In this document: positions 26,962 through 35,384 of the stretch, in pieces | Layout: every line of letters starts with the position of its first letter | How positions within the stretch are numbered: position 1 is the first letter of the stretch | Assembly: GCA_903885415.1 (NCBI GenBank) | Contig: CAISIP010000228.1 | Location: forward strand, 1 to 35,384 | Direction: 5' to 3' | Origin: an uncultured beta proteobacterium | GTDB taxonomy: Bacteria > Pseudomonadota > Gammaproteobacteria > Burkholderiales > Burkholderiaceae_C | Length of the DNA stretch: 35,384 bases | Position numbers and translations under genes: made by a program | The notes under the pieces: model-generated | Databases searched by the model: none | What the model saw: only the letters and a program-made list of their open reading frames with translations | Told to the model about the DNA's origin: nothing

Positions 26962-28089
26962 ATGGCCGCCCACAGTTTGACGACCCACACGGTGAGCTTT
27001 GAGGCCATTGCCAGCAGGCCGCCACCGCGCTCGGTCAAAGGCGTCGCCGCATGGCTGCGAGCCAACCTGTTCGACGGCTGGGCCAACACGCTGGCGACGC
27101 TTCTGGTGCTGGCGGTACTGGCGCTGGCGCTGCCGCCACTGACACAGTGGATGCTGGTCCAAGCCGTATTCGCTCCGGACAACGCGGCGTGCAGGTTGGC
27201 GGTAGAGCACGGCGCCTGCTGGGGCGTGGTGGCCGAAAAATACCGCCTGATCATCTTCGGCCGCTACCCTTATGCGGAACAATGGCGTCCGTTGCTGGCC
27301 TGCAGCATGCTGATCGGACTGCTGGTCGCGAGCTGTTACCGGCCTTTTTGGCGGCGCGGGCTAGCAATCGCCTGGATACTGGTGCTGGCGGCGTTCTTCA
27401 CGCTGATGTTCGGCGGACGCTTCGGACTGGGCAAGGTAGAGACTGACCGCTGGGGCGGCTTCCCGCTAACCCTGCTGCTATCGACCATCAGTCTGGTGCT
27501 TGCCTTTCCACTGGCGGTGATGGTGGCGCTGGGGCGGCAATCGCGCATGCCCGGCATCCGCGCGATCTGCGTGATCTACGTCGAACTGGTTCGCGGGGTG
27601 CCGCTGATCTCGGTGCTGTTCATGGCCTCGTTCATGTTCCCGCTGTTCATGCCGCAAGGCACAACGATCGATGTGCTGGTGCGCGTGCTGGTCGGCATGA
27701 CGCTGTTCACCGCGGCCTACCTGGCCGAGGTGATCCGTGGCGGCCTGCAGGCGCTGCCCAAAGGCCAGATCGAGGCGGCGCAGTCGCTGGGCCTGTCGGA
27801 CTGGCAGACTACCCGAAAGATCGTCCTGCCGCAGGCGCTGCGGCTGGTGGTGCCGGCGATCATGAACACCTTTATTGGCGCCTTCAAGGACACCTCGCTG
27901 GTGACGATCGTCAGCCTGTACGACCTCACCGGCTCGCTGCAACTCGCCCTGGGCGACGCCAACTGGCGCAAGTTCTTCCTGGAAGGCCAGCTCTTCGTCG
28001 CGGCGATCTATTTTATTTTCTGTTTCGCGATGTCGCGCTACAGCCAGTGGATAGAAAGCCACCTCAATACCGGCACCCGACGCCAGTGA
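26962..28089 (+). CDS. aapM: Amino acid ABC transporter permease (AapM/BztC family)
   Basis: [43 protein letters not shown] and FKDTSLV. ATG at 26962. Confidence 0.92.
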   Translation: MAAHSLTTHTVSFEAIASRPPPRSVKGVAAWLRANLFDGWANTLATLLVLAVLALALPPLTQWMLVQAVFAPDNAACRLAVEHGACWGVVAEKYRLIIFGRYPYAEQWRPLLACSMLIGLLVASCYRPFWRRGLAIAWILVLAAFFTLMFGGRFGLGKVETDRWGGFPLTLLLSTISLVLAFPLAVMVALGRQSRMPGIRAICVIYVELVRGVPLISVLFMASFMFPLFMPQGTTIDVLVRVLVGMTLFTAAYLAEVIRGGLQALPKGQIEAAQSLGLSDWQTTRKIVLPQALRLVVPAIMNTFIGAFKDTSLVTIVSLYDLTGSLQLALGDANWRKFFLEGQLFVAAIYFIFCFAMSRYSQWIESHLNTGTRRQ

Positions 28090-28127
28090 CGCCCGCCGCA
28101 TCGCACGCACAACACCCCGAACCCGCC

Positions 28128-28874
28128 ATGACATCGCCAAGCCCCATCATCGAGTTCAATCGCGTCAACAAATGGTATGGCGACTTCCATGTGCTGCGCG
28201 ACATCGACCTGCATGTCGCGCAGGGGGAACGCATCGTGATCTGTGGGCCCTCGGGTTCCGGGAAATCGACCCTGATCCGCTGCATCAACCGGCTTGAAGA
28301 ACACCAGCAGGGCCAACTCATCGTCGACGCCACCGAGCTGTCGGACGACCTGAAAGCCATCGAAAAGGTGCGCCGCAACGTCGGCATGGTGTTCCAGCAG
28401 TTCAACCTGTTCCCGCACCTGACGGTGCTGGAGAACCTGACCCTCGCGCCGATGTGGGTTGGCAAGCTGCCCAAGAAAGAGGCTGAGGACCGGGCCATGG
28501 CACAGCTCAAGCGGGTACAGATCGCCGAGCAGGCGCTCAAGTACCCGCTGCAACTCTCCGGCGGCCAGCAGCAGCGGGTGGCCATCGCACGCGCGCTGTG
28601 CCTGACGCCCAAGATCATGCTGTTCGACGAGCCGACCTCGGCGCTCGATCCGGAGATGATCCAGGAGGTGCTCGACGTGATGGTCGAGCTCGCCGGGCAG
28701 GGGATCACGATGATCTGCGTGACGCACGAAATGGCCTTTGCCAAGGCGGTCGCCAACCGGGTGATATTCATGGACCAAGGGCAGATCGTCGAGCAGGCTG
28801 CGCCGGACGAATTTTTCGAAAGTCCCAAGAGCGATCGCACCAAGGACTTTCTGTCCAAGATCCTGTCGCACTAA
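28128..28874 (+). CDS. aapP: Amino acid ABC transporter ATP-binding protein (AapP/BztD family)
   Basis: Walker A GPSGSGKS, signature LSGGQQQR, Walker [12 protein letters not shown] and H-loop VTHE. Confidence 0.95.
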   Translation: MTSPSPIIEFNRVNKWYGDFHVLRDIDLHVAQGERIVICGPSGSGKSTLIRCINRLEEHQQGQLIVDATELSDDLKAIEKVRRNVGMVFQQFNLFPHLTVLENLTLAPMWVGKLPKKEAEDRAMAQLKRVQIAEQALKYPLQLSGGQQQRVAIARALCLTPKIMLFDEPTSALDPEMIQEVLDVMVELAGQGITMICVTHEMAFAKAVANRVIFMDQGQIVEQAAPDEFFESPKSDRTKDFLSKILSH

Positions 28875-28922
28875 GCGGCGTGTCGCCAGGGCTGCGGGCC
28901 CCGGTGGGCCAGCCATCGGGAG

Positions 28923-28983
28923 ATGACATAGATCAAGTCTGCCAGTGTTTGGGATTGGCCGCAACCGAGCTAGATGCTAGCCT
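28923..28983 (+). promoter_or_regulatory. Putative FNR/CRP-family box plus sigma70-type promoter for the elaB-like operon
   Basis: ATGAC-ATAG-ATCAA (28923-28936, 8/10 FNR match). TTGGCC (28955-28960), 17 nt, then TAGCCT (28978-28983) with an extended TG. Confidence 0.45.
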
Positions 28984-29017
28984 CGGAGCTGTCCACATCA
29001 ACCACCGGGGAAGCACC

Positions 29018-29338
29018 GTGACAGACACCACAGCAGCGACTATCAGCCACCAGCAACAACTCGTCAGCGATATGAAGTCGGTGATCGCCGACGCCGAGGG
29101 CATGCTGCACGCAACCGCCGAGCAGGCCGGCGAGCAGGTAGCGGGAATGCGCGCGAGCATCCAAGAACGCCTCAAGGGCGCCAGGATCCGGCTCGCTGAA
29201 GCCGAGGCCACCCTGATGGCCAAGACCCGGGCCGCAGCGCGCGCCACCGACGCCTATGTCCACGAGTCCCCCTGGACCGCTGTCGGCGTCGCAGCGGGCG
29301 TGGGGCTGCTGCTCGGGTTGGTGCTGAGCCGGCGCTAG
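29018..29338 (+). CDS. ElaB/YqjD/DUF883 family tail-anchored membrane protein
   Basis: LVSDMKSVIADAE.ML...AARATDAYVHESPWTAVGVAAGVGLLLGLVLSRR C-terminal signature. GTG start. Confidence 0.9.
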   Translation: MTDTTAATISHQQQLVSDMKSVIADAEGMLHATAEQAGEQVAGMRASIQERLKGARIRLAEAEATLMAKTRAAARATDAYVHESPWTAVGVAAGVGLLLGLVLSRR

Positions 29339-29351
29339 GGCAGCGCGTGCG

Positions 29352-29792
29352 ATGCCTGCCCGGGCGCGGCCCGTGAGCCATCCCGCTGCCGACCCGCCGC
29401 ATGACCGGCCAGGCCTGCTGCGATCCCTGCAGGGGCTGGCTGCCACACTGGTGGCCACCGGGCGCACCCGACTTGAGTTGCTGGCCAATGAATTCGAAGT
29501 CCAGAAACTGTTGGCGCTTCAGCTGCTACTGCTGTCACAAGCGCTGATGTTCTGCCTGGCGCTCGCCGTGCTGCTCGCAGTGGCCCTGCTGACCATGGTG
29601 CTGTGGGAGCAGCGACAACTGGTGCTGTCTTTCTTTTGCGCCGTATTCGGCGCCGCCGCGGCGCTGTGCTACGGCCAGCTCAAGCGCCTGCTGAACCCGC
29701 CACAAGCCGCATTTTCGGCGTCGCTGACCGAACTGCAGGAAGACATCCGCAGGCTCAAGAAGGCTGCAAGCCATGCAGGCGCGCCTGATTGA
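29352..29792 (+). CDS. YqjE-like membrane protein (phage holin family annotation)
   Basis: TRLELLANE, two TM segments and F.ASL.EL..D. Follows the DUF883 gene; start could be GTG 29373. Confidence 0.8.
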   Translation: MPARARPVSHPAADPPHDRPGLLRSLQGLAATLVATGRTRLELLANEFEVQKLLALQLLLLSQALMFCLALAVLLAVALLTMVLWEQRQLVLSFFCAVFGAAAALCYGQLKRLLNPPQAAFSASLTELQEDIRRLKKAASHAGAPD

Positions 29793-30087
29793 GCTGGCGC
29801 TGCAGCGCGGGCGCCTGCAGGAGCGCATCGCCCGCCAGCGCGATACGCTCGCTGGCGGCTTTGCGCCGATCGCAGCCGCGCTGGCCTGGCCGGCCCGCCT
29901 GCTGCGCGTCGGACGACAGGCGAAGGACACTATCCTGCGCCACCCGAGCCTGGCCGCGGCGATGCTGGGCGCCACCCTGGTGCTCAGTCCCCGCCGTGTG
30001 CTGCGCTGGAGCCAGCGCGCCTGGATGGTGTGGCGTACTTGGCGAACCGTCCACGGCCTGCTGGGCCCACTATTGCGACAGCTCTGA
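29773..30087 (+). CDS. YqjK-like protein
   Basis: L..RI..QR..L pattern, RHP followed by a hydrophobic stretch, then a Trp/Arg-rich tail. Third gene of a yqjD-yqjE-yqjK-type triad. Confidence 0.75.
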   Translation: MQARLIELALQRGRLQERIARQRDTLAGGFAPIAAALAWPARLLRVGRQAKDTILRHPSLAAAMLGATLVLSPRRVLRWSQRAWMVWRTWRTVHGLLGPLLRQL

Positions 30088-30113
30088 AGCGCCGCTTCGG
30101 GCGCGGGAACACC

Positions 30114-31418
30114 TCAGCGCAGCGGACCGCCCCGGTGGCGCGCGACGTCGAGTTCGGACAGTGCAGCGGCGCTGTTACCCCAGGCACCCCGGATGTGGGT
30201 GAGCACCGCAGCGATGTCCCCGTCGCTCAACAGCACCTGGTAGGGCGGCATACCGAAAGGCCGGGGATTGCCATCGGTTGCGGGCGCAAAGCCGCCCCGC
30301 AATACCATCTGCACCAAATTACGGCTATCGCCCATCAGGACCGCGCGGTTGCCCGCCAGCGCGGGATAGGCACCCGAGACGCCCTCGCCGCTGTCGCCGT
30401 GGCAGTTTGCGCAATGCTTCTCGTACAGCCTAGCGCCGGCCGCAGACTCGAGGCCCAGTGGTGCCGATGACTGAGTGACCCGCGGCGACCCGGTTTGCAT
30501 GCTGCGCAGGTAGACTGCGACGGCCGACAGGTCCGGGTTGCTCAGATACTGCGTGCCGTGGAGCACCACCTCGGCCATCGGGCCCGACATCGACGCTCTG
30601 GCGCCAACGCCGGTGCGCAGCAAGGCAACGATGTCGCGTTCGTCCCAGTCCCCGAGGCCGGCCTCGCCGGCATGCAGCAGCGACGGCGCGTACCAGCCCT
30701 GCACCATACCGCCGACCTGCCGTTCCGTGTCCTCGGCACCCCATGCGTTGCGACTGCTATGGCAGGCGCTGCAGTGGCCGAGACCACCCACCAGATACGC
30801 GCCACGGTTCCAGGCCGGGCTTCTCGCGGCGTCGGGCCGCCAGACAACGGGCCTGAAATACAGGGCGCGCCACAGGGCCAGCGCCGGCTGCGTGCCGAAA
30901 GGCCAGCGCAGCGCCGGCGCCGGGTTGGCCTGCTCCACGGCAGCGCGGCTCATCAGGAAGGCGAATAGTGCATCGCTATCCTCGCGCAGGACCCGGGTGG
31001 TGTTGGCATAGGGAAAGGCGGGCACCAGCAACCGGCCGTCGCGCGATCGGCCGTGGTGCATCGCGCGCCAGAAATCCGCCGCACTCCAGGCGCCGATTCC
31101 GGTGAGCGCGTCGGGCGTCAGGTTGCTGGAGTGGACCACGCCGAATGGCGTCTCGATGGCGCGACCGCCCGCGTAGTCGGCGCCGCCGCGGCGTGTATGG
31201 CAGCCCTTGCAATTACCGGCGCGCGCCAGATAGGCGCCAGCGGCGACGCTGGCGGCTTGCCGCGGCTGCGGCGCCTGCGCCGACACAGCGCCAGCCACGA
31301 CCGACGGCTCGAGTGCGTCGCGCACGCCAAACCACCACAGCAGCGCGGCCGCGATGACCATCACGGCCAGCGCCACTAACAGGGTGCGGGCCAGCAGCGG
31401 CCCAAGGCGCCGGCGCAT
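30114..31418 (-). CDS. Membrane-anchored triheme cytochrome c (gluconate/alcohol/aldehyde dehydrogenase cytochrome subunit type)
   Basis: N-terminal TM; GAYLARAGNCKGCHT, TPFG..SSNLTPD..TGIG.WS, GLGHCSACHS and CANCHG. ATG at 31418 overlaps the upstream stop (TGATG). Confidence 0.9.
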   Translation of the reverse strand: MRRRLGPLLARTLLVALAVMVIAAALLWWFGVRDALEPSVVAGAVSAQAPQPRQAASVAAGAYLARAGNCKGCHTRRGGADYAGGRAIETPFGVVHSSNLTPDALTGIGAWSAADFWRAMHHGRSRDGRLLVPAFPYANTTRVLREDSDALFAFLMSRAAVEQANPAPALRWPFGTQPALALWRALYFRPVVWRPDAARSPAWNRGAYLVGGLGHCSACHSSRNAWGAEDTERQVGGMVQGWYAPSLLHAGEAGLGDWDERDIVALLRTGVGARASMSGPMAEVVLHGTQYLSNPDLSAVAVYLRSMQTGSPRVTQSSAPLGLESAAGARLYEKHCANCHGDSGEGVSGAYPALAGNRAVLMGDSRNLVQMVLRGGFAPATDGNPRPFGMPPYQVLLSDGDIAAVLTHIRGAWGNSAAALSELDVARHRGGPLR

Positions 31419-32197
31419 CAGGGGGTGGCACCACCGAGTTCGGGCGCGCTGCCACAGGCGATCGACCCGGGTGCACGCTGCGGCGCCTTCCCGACAGGCC
31501 CTGACTGGCCCGGCAGCGCCTGCGCCGCCAGCCAGAGCGTAATGGCGGCAGCGTCGTCGTCGCCGAGTCGGCGCACGACCTGTGCCATGCAGTCGGGGCT
31601 TTGCGCGCGCCGATGGCCGGTCTTCCATGCGCCGAGTTGCGCGTTCAGGTAGTCGCGCGGGAGCCCCAGCAGTCCGGGAACATGGGGTACCACACCGGTC
31701 AGCGCGCTGCCGTGGCAACTCGCACAGGCGGGTATACCCAGGGCCGCATCGCCCTTGAGCGCCAGCGTTTCACCGCGCCGACCTGCAGGCGCGGCCATCG
31801 CCGCCGGTGGCCCATAGGGCAGCTCGAGCGCCGAGAAATAACGCGCTATTTCGAGCAGGTACGCATCGCTCAGCGGGTCAACCAATCCGGCCATCAGCGC
31901 GTAATGGCGCCGACCCTCGCGGAAATTGCGCAGCTGGTTGAACAGATAACCCGCCGGTTTTCCGGCAATGCGCGGGTAGTAGCCGTCCGGCGCCGCCCTA
32001 CCCTGTTCACCGTGGCAGGGCGTGCAGGCCAGCATGCGCTGCGCCATGGAGTCCTCGAATTTCACCGCGGCTGCGGCATGCGTCGTCCAAAGGCACGCCA
32101 GCAGCCATGCAGGCCACGCGCGCGATCGCACGCGCCAAGCCCACGGCGACGCAGGCGGCTGCGTGCGTCGGGCATCGGACTCGGTCGGGGCTTGCAT
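31418..32197 (-). CDS. Diheme cytochrome c4/c553 family protein
   Basis: Signal-like segment; CTPCHG...YPRIAGK..YLFNQL..F..G.R and CASCHG...P.L.GL..DYL.AQL..W. Start uncertain. Confidence 0.88.
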   Translation of the reverse strand: MQAPTESDARRTQPPASPWAWRVRSRAWPAWLLACLWTTHAAAAVKFEDSMAQRMLACTPCHGEQGRAAPDGYYPRIAGKPAGYLFNQLRNFREGRRHYALMAGLVDPLSDAYLLEIARYFSALELPYGPPAAMAAPAGRRGETLALKGDAALGIPACASCHGSALTGVVPHVPGLLGLPRDYLNAQLGAWKTGHRRAQSPDCMAQVVRRLGDDDAAAITLWLAAQALPGQSGPVGKAPQRAPGSIACGSAPELGGATP

Positions 32198-32326
32198 CAG
32201 AGATAGTTCACATCGCGCGGCGGCGCGCATTCTGCACACGCGGGTGGGCAGCATAGGCCATTATCCCCGGCAGGGCCGTGCAACAATGCCAGCCACCATC
32301 ACGAGCGCCCCCAAGCCTTTCAAACC

Positions 32327-32707
32327 ATGCGACTACTCCACACCATGCTGCGCGTCGGCGACCTGCAACGCTCTATCGATTTCTATACCAAGATACTTGG
32401 GATGCAACTGCTGCGCAAGTCCGAGAACCCGCAGTACAAGTACACGCTGGCCTTCGTGGGCTACGGGTCCAACCCGGAGCATGCCGAGATCGAGCTGACC
32501 TACAACTGGGGAACCGACCACTACGATCTCGGTACCGCATTCGGCCACATCGCGCTCGGCGTACCCGACGCCTACGCCGCCTGCGAAGCGATCCGCGCCG
32601 GTGGCGGCAACGTCACCCGCGACGCAGGTCCGGTCAAGGGCGGCAGCACCGTGATCGCATTCGTCACCGACCCCGACGGTTACAAGATCGAGCTGATACA
32701 GCGCTAA
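32327..32707 (+). CDS. gloA: Lactoylglutathione lyase (glyoxalase I)
   Basis: [48 protein letters not shown]. Confidence 0.97.
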   Translation: MRLLHTMLRVGDLQRSIDFYTKILGMQLLRKSENPQYKYTLAFVGYGSNPEHAEIELTYNWGTDHYDLGTAFGHIALGVPDAYAACEAIRAGGGNVTRDAGPVKGGSTVIAFVTDPDGYKIELIQR

Positions 32708-32712
32708 ACGCC

Positions 32713-33618
32713 ATGGGGCGAACAGGTATAGACCGGCGGGGTGCTCTTCTGGTTTTTGGCTCCGCCGTGGTATGGAGCTTTGGCGGCGCCATCGCACGCT
32801 TCATCAGCACGGGCGACAGTTGGACGATTGTCTTTTGGCGCTCGGCCTTTGCCGCACTGTTTCTGCTCGGTTTCATGCTGCACCGAGAAGGATGGCGCGG
32901 CACTCGGAGAATGCTCGCCGACATGGGACTCGCGGGGTTCGGCGTAGGCGCCTGTTTTGCCACTGCGTCGACCTGCTTCGTCGCAGCGCTGGCCTACACC
33001 AGCGTGGCCAACATCCTGCTGATGCAGGCCGGAGCGCCACTGTTCGCGGCGCTGATGGGCTTCGCGCTATTTGGTGAGCGCGTCGGCGCCGCCACCTGGA
33101 TCGCAATCGCTGCCGTCATTTCCGGCATCGCGATCATGGTGTCGGAGTCGATCGGTGGCCAGGCTTCTGCAGTCGGTGACGCGCTCGGTTTGCTGATGTC
33201 GATCGCGTTCGCCGTTGCCACCGTGCTTACCCGGCGCCACGCCCGTGTGCGCATGATGCCGGCGGTCTTTCTGGGGACCCTGATCGCCGCCAGTGTCGGC
33301 GCCGCCATGGGCGGAGCGACCCGCGTCAGCGCGGCCGACGCCGGACTTCTTTTCGTCTTCGGTGCGCTCAACCTGGGGCTGGGGATGGCCCTGTTTGTGA
33401 CCGGCGTTCGGTTGCTCCCGGCAGCGCTGGCAGCGCTGATCGGCATGGCCGAGCCTGTGCTCGGGCCGGTCTGGGTCTGGCTGGTGCACGGCGAACTGTC
33501 GTCGGTCCGGACGATGATCGGCGGCGCTGTCGTGATCGTGACGCTGATGGTGCATATAGGCTGGCAGTCCCGGCAGCAGGGTCCGCCGGCCGACGCCACC
33601 GCGCAGCCCGGACCGTGA
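32713..33618 (+). CDS. DMT/EamA family transporter
   Basis: About 10 TM segments in two repeats; WSFGG, FWRS, LFGER and EPVLGPVWVWL..GE. Confidence 0.9.
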   Translation: MGRTGIDRRGALLVFGSAVVWSFGGAIARFISTGDSWTIVFWRSAFAALFLLGFMLHREGWRGTRRMLADMGLAGFGVGACFATASTCFVAALAYTSVANILLMQAGAPLFAALMGFALFGERVGAATWIAIAAVISGIAIMVSESIGGQASAVGDALGLLMSIAFAVATVLTRRHARVRMMPAVFLGTLIAASVGAAMGGATRVSAADAGLLFVFGALNLGLGMALFVTGVRLLPAALAALIGMAEPVLGPVWVWLVHGELSSVRTMIGGAVVIVTLMVHIGWQSRQQGPPADATAQPGP

Positions 33619-35384
33619 GGCGGCGCAACTGGATACTGAGTGCAGCGGGCGCCGCCGGCACGCTGGTCGTCGGCTGGTGCCTGATGCCGGCGCGATCGCG
33701 TTTGGGCAGCCCCGGCGCCATGCTGCCTACACAGGGCGATGTGGCGCTCAACGGCTGGATCAAGATCGCCGCCGACGGCACCGTCGTGCTGGCAATGCCG
33801 CGCAGCGAAATGGGCCAGGGCGTGCATACCGCGCTGGCCATGCTGGCGGCCGAGGAACTGGATCTGCCGCTGGAGCGGGTGCGGCTTGAACAGGCTGGCG
33901 CCGACCGCATTTATGGCAACGTCGCGATGATCGTCGCGGGTCTGCCGGTGCATCCATCCGAATCCGAACCCGGCGCCAGGACCGCCCGGCTGCGTGCAGC
34001 CGAATGGATCATCGGCAAGATTGCGCGCGAACTCGGGATCATCGCCACCGGCGGTTCCTCGAGTGTCGCCGACGCGTGGCAGCCTGTTCGGCTGGCGGCG
34101 GCCACCGCGCGCGCGCAGTTGCTCGCAGCCGCTTCGGCGCGATGGCAGGTGCCGCTGGAAGAGTTGTCGGCCCACGACGGCCTGGTGACCAGCGCATCGG
34201 GTCGCACGGCGCATTACGGCGAACTCGCTGGCGCAGCGGCCGGCGTTGCGCCAGCTGAGGTTCGCCTCAAGGAGCGCAGCCAATGGCGCCTGATCGGACG
34301 CCCGGCACGGCGAAGCGACAGCGCGGCCAAGGTCGACGGCAGCGCGCAATACAGTGCCGACATGCGTCCGGCAGGGCTGCTGTTCGCCGCAGTTTGCCAG
34401 TCGCCGATCCTGGGCGCTACCGCGATTTCCATCGATGCCAACGAAGCGCTAGCGCTGCCCGGCGTCCATCGGCTGGTCGCCTTCGACGCAATGGGTGGCG
34501 CCAGCGCCGGTTTCGCGGTGGTCGGCATCAGCACCTGGCACGCCCTGCGCGGGGTCGCGGCGGTAAAGGCCCAATGGCAACCCGGTGCAGCGGCAGCGCC
34601 CGACACGCGGCGCATCGCCAGCGCCCTGGACACTGCGCTCGACCAGAACGAAGGCCATGTCTTTTACGAAAGAGGCGACACCGCAAAGGCGCAGGCCAAA
34701 GCCGCACGGCTAATCAGCGCCAGCTACAGCGCGCCCTACCTGGCGCACGCGACGATGGAGCCGACCAACTGCACAGCGCGGGTACACGATGGCAGAGTCG
34801 ACATCTGGGCGCCCACGCAGGTTCCGCAAATCGCCCGCGCGATCGCAGCCAAAGTCGCAGGCGTCGATATCGACCGGGTGCAGTTGCATCTGCCGTTTTT
34901 GGGCGGAGGTTTCGGCCGGCGGCTGGAGGTGGATTTCGTCGCGCAGGCGGTGCGGGTGGCGATGGCTTGCGAAGGGCGTCCGGTCCAACTGATGGCGTCG
35001 CGCGAAGAAGACATGGCGCACGACTTTTACCGACCGATGCAGGTAGCCAGGCTTCACGCTGGCGTCGACGCCGACGGCACAGTGAGCAGCCTGCACATCA
35101 AGTCCGCCGGCGACGCGATCAACCCGCGCTGGATGGAGCGCAGCATGCCAGCGTTGTCGTTGCCAGTGGACATGGCCGACAAGGCAACGGCCGAAGGCCT
35201 GTACGACCTGCCTTATGCCATCGCCAACCAGCGGATGGTGCACCTGGCCACGCGCATGGGGGTTCCGGTCGGCTTCTGGCGCTCGGTGGGCCACTCGCAC
35301 AACGCCTTTTTTCCGAAGCCTTTATCGACGAACTGGCAAGCGAGACCGGCCAGGACCCGCTCGCCTTGCGCCGCTCGTTGCTGA
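33615..35384 (+). CDS. Xanthine dehydrogenase family molybdopterin-binding subunit (IorB/aldehyde dehydrogenase large subunit type); apparent frameshift at 35307-35312, coding continues beyond the window
   Basis: Tat-like RRRNWI; RSEMGQGVHT, TGGSSSV, YLAHATMEP, LGGGFGRR and GFWRSVGHS. After NAFF the family-like sequence SEAFIDELA..GQDPL.LR continues in another frame. Confidence 0.9.
   Translation: MRRRNWILSAAGAAGTLVVGWCLMPARSRLGSPGAMLPTQGDVALNGWIKIAADGTVVLAMPRSEMGQGVHTALAMLAAEELDLPLERVRLEQAGADRIYGNVAMIVAGLPVHPSESEPGARTARLRAAEWIIGKIARELGIIATGGSSSVADAWQPVRLAAATARAQLLAAASARWQVPLEELSAHDGLVTSASGRTAHYGELAGAAAGVAPAEVRLKERSQWRLIGRPARRSDSAAKVDGSAQYSADMRPAGLLFAAVCQSPILGATAISIDANEALALPGVHRLVAFDAMGGASAGFAVVGISTWHALRGVAAVKAQWQPGAAAAPDTRRIASALDTALDQNEGHVFYERGDTAKAQAKAARLISASYSAPYLAHATMEPTNCTARVHDGRVDIWAPTQVPQIARAIAAKVAGVDIDRVQLHLPFLGGGFGRRLEVDFVAQAVRVAMACEGRPVQLMASREEDMAHDFYRPMQVARLHAGVDADGTVSSLHIKSAGDAINPRWMERSMPALSLPVDMADKATAEGLYDLPYAIANQRMVHLATRMGVPVGFWRSVGHSHNAFFPKPLSTNWQARPARTRSPCAARC

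Noticed and set aside
29352-29792. Phage holin indicating a prophage
   Set aside because: The holin label reflects the YqjE family in its usual yqjD-E-K context. No endolysin, integrase or structural genes are nearby.

Overview
GC-rich betaproteobacterial chromosomal window. Gene content and protein style suggest Burkholderiales, probably Comamonadaceae (inference). It is dominated by a complete respiratory nitrate reductase region (narX-narL-narK1-narK2-narGHJI plus a NifM/PpiC-type PPIase). Upstream are the 3' end of frmA/adhC, a stand-alone IF-1 paralogue, ygiD, a NUDIX hydrolase, a fold-type IV aminotransferase with (R)-amine transaminase motifs, SRPBCC and GNAT genes, a lipoprotein UshA, an unannotated 46-aa Lys-rich gene, a PAS hybrid kinase and an RluA-family gene. 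Downstream are an acyl-CoA ligase, an aapJQMP-type amino acid ABC transporter, an elaB/yqjE/yqjK-like triad, two c-type cytochromes, gloA, an EamA transporter and an IorB-like molybdoenzyme subunit with an apparent 1-nt frameshift near the window end. I saw no CRISPR array, RNA gene, IS element or prophage. No clearly new multi-gene system is demonstrable from sequence alone. The best leads are the missed small basic protein, the probable (R)-selective transaminase, the divergent cytochrome / gloA-EamA-Mo enzyme module, a possible coupling mini-ORF before narG, the long infA leader, and FNR- and NtrC-like boxes.
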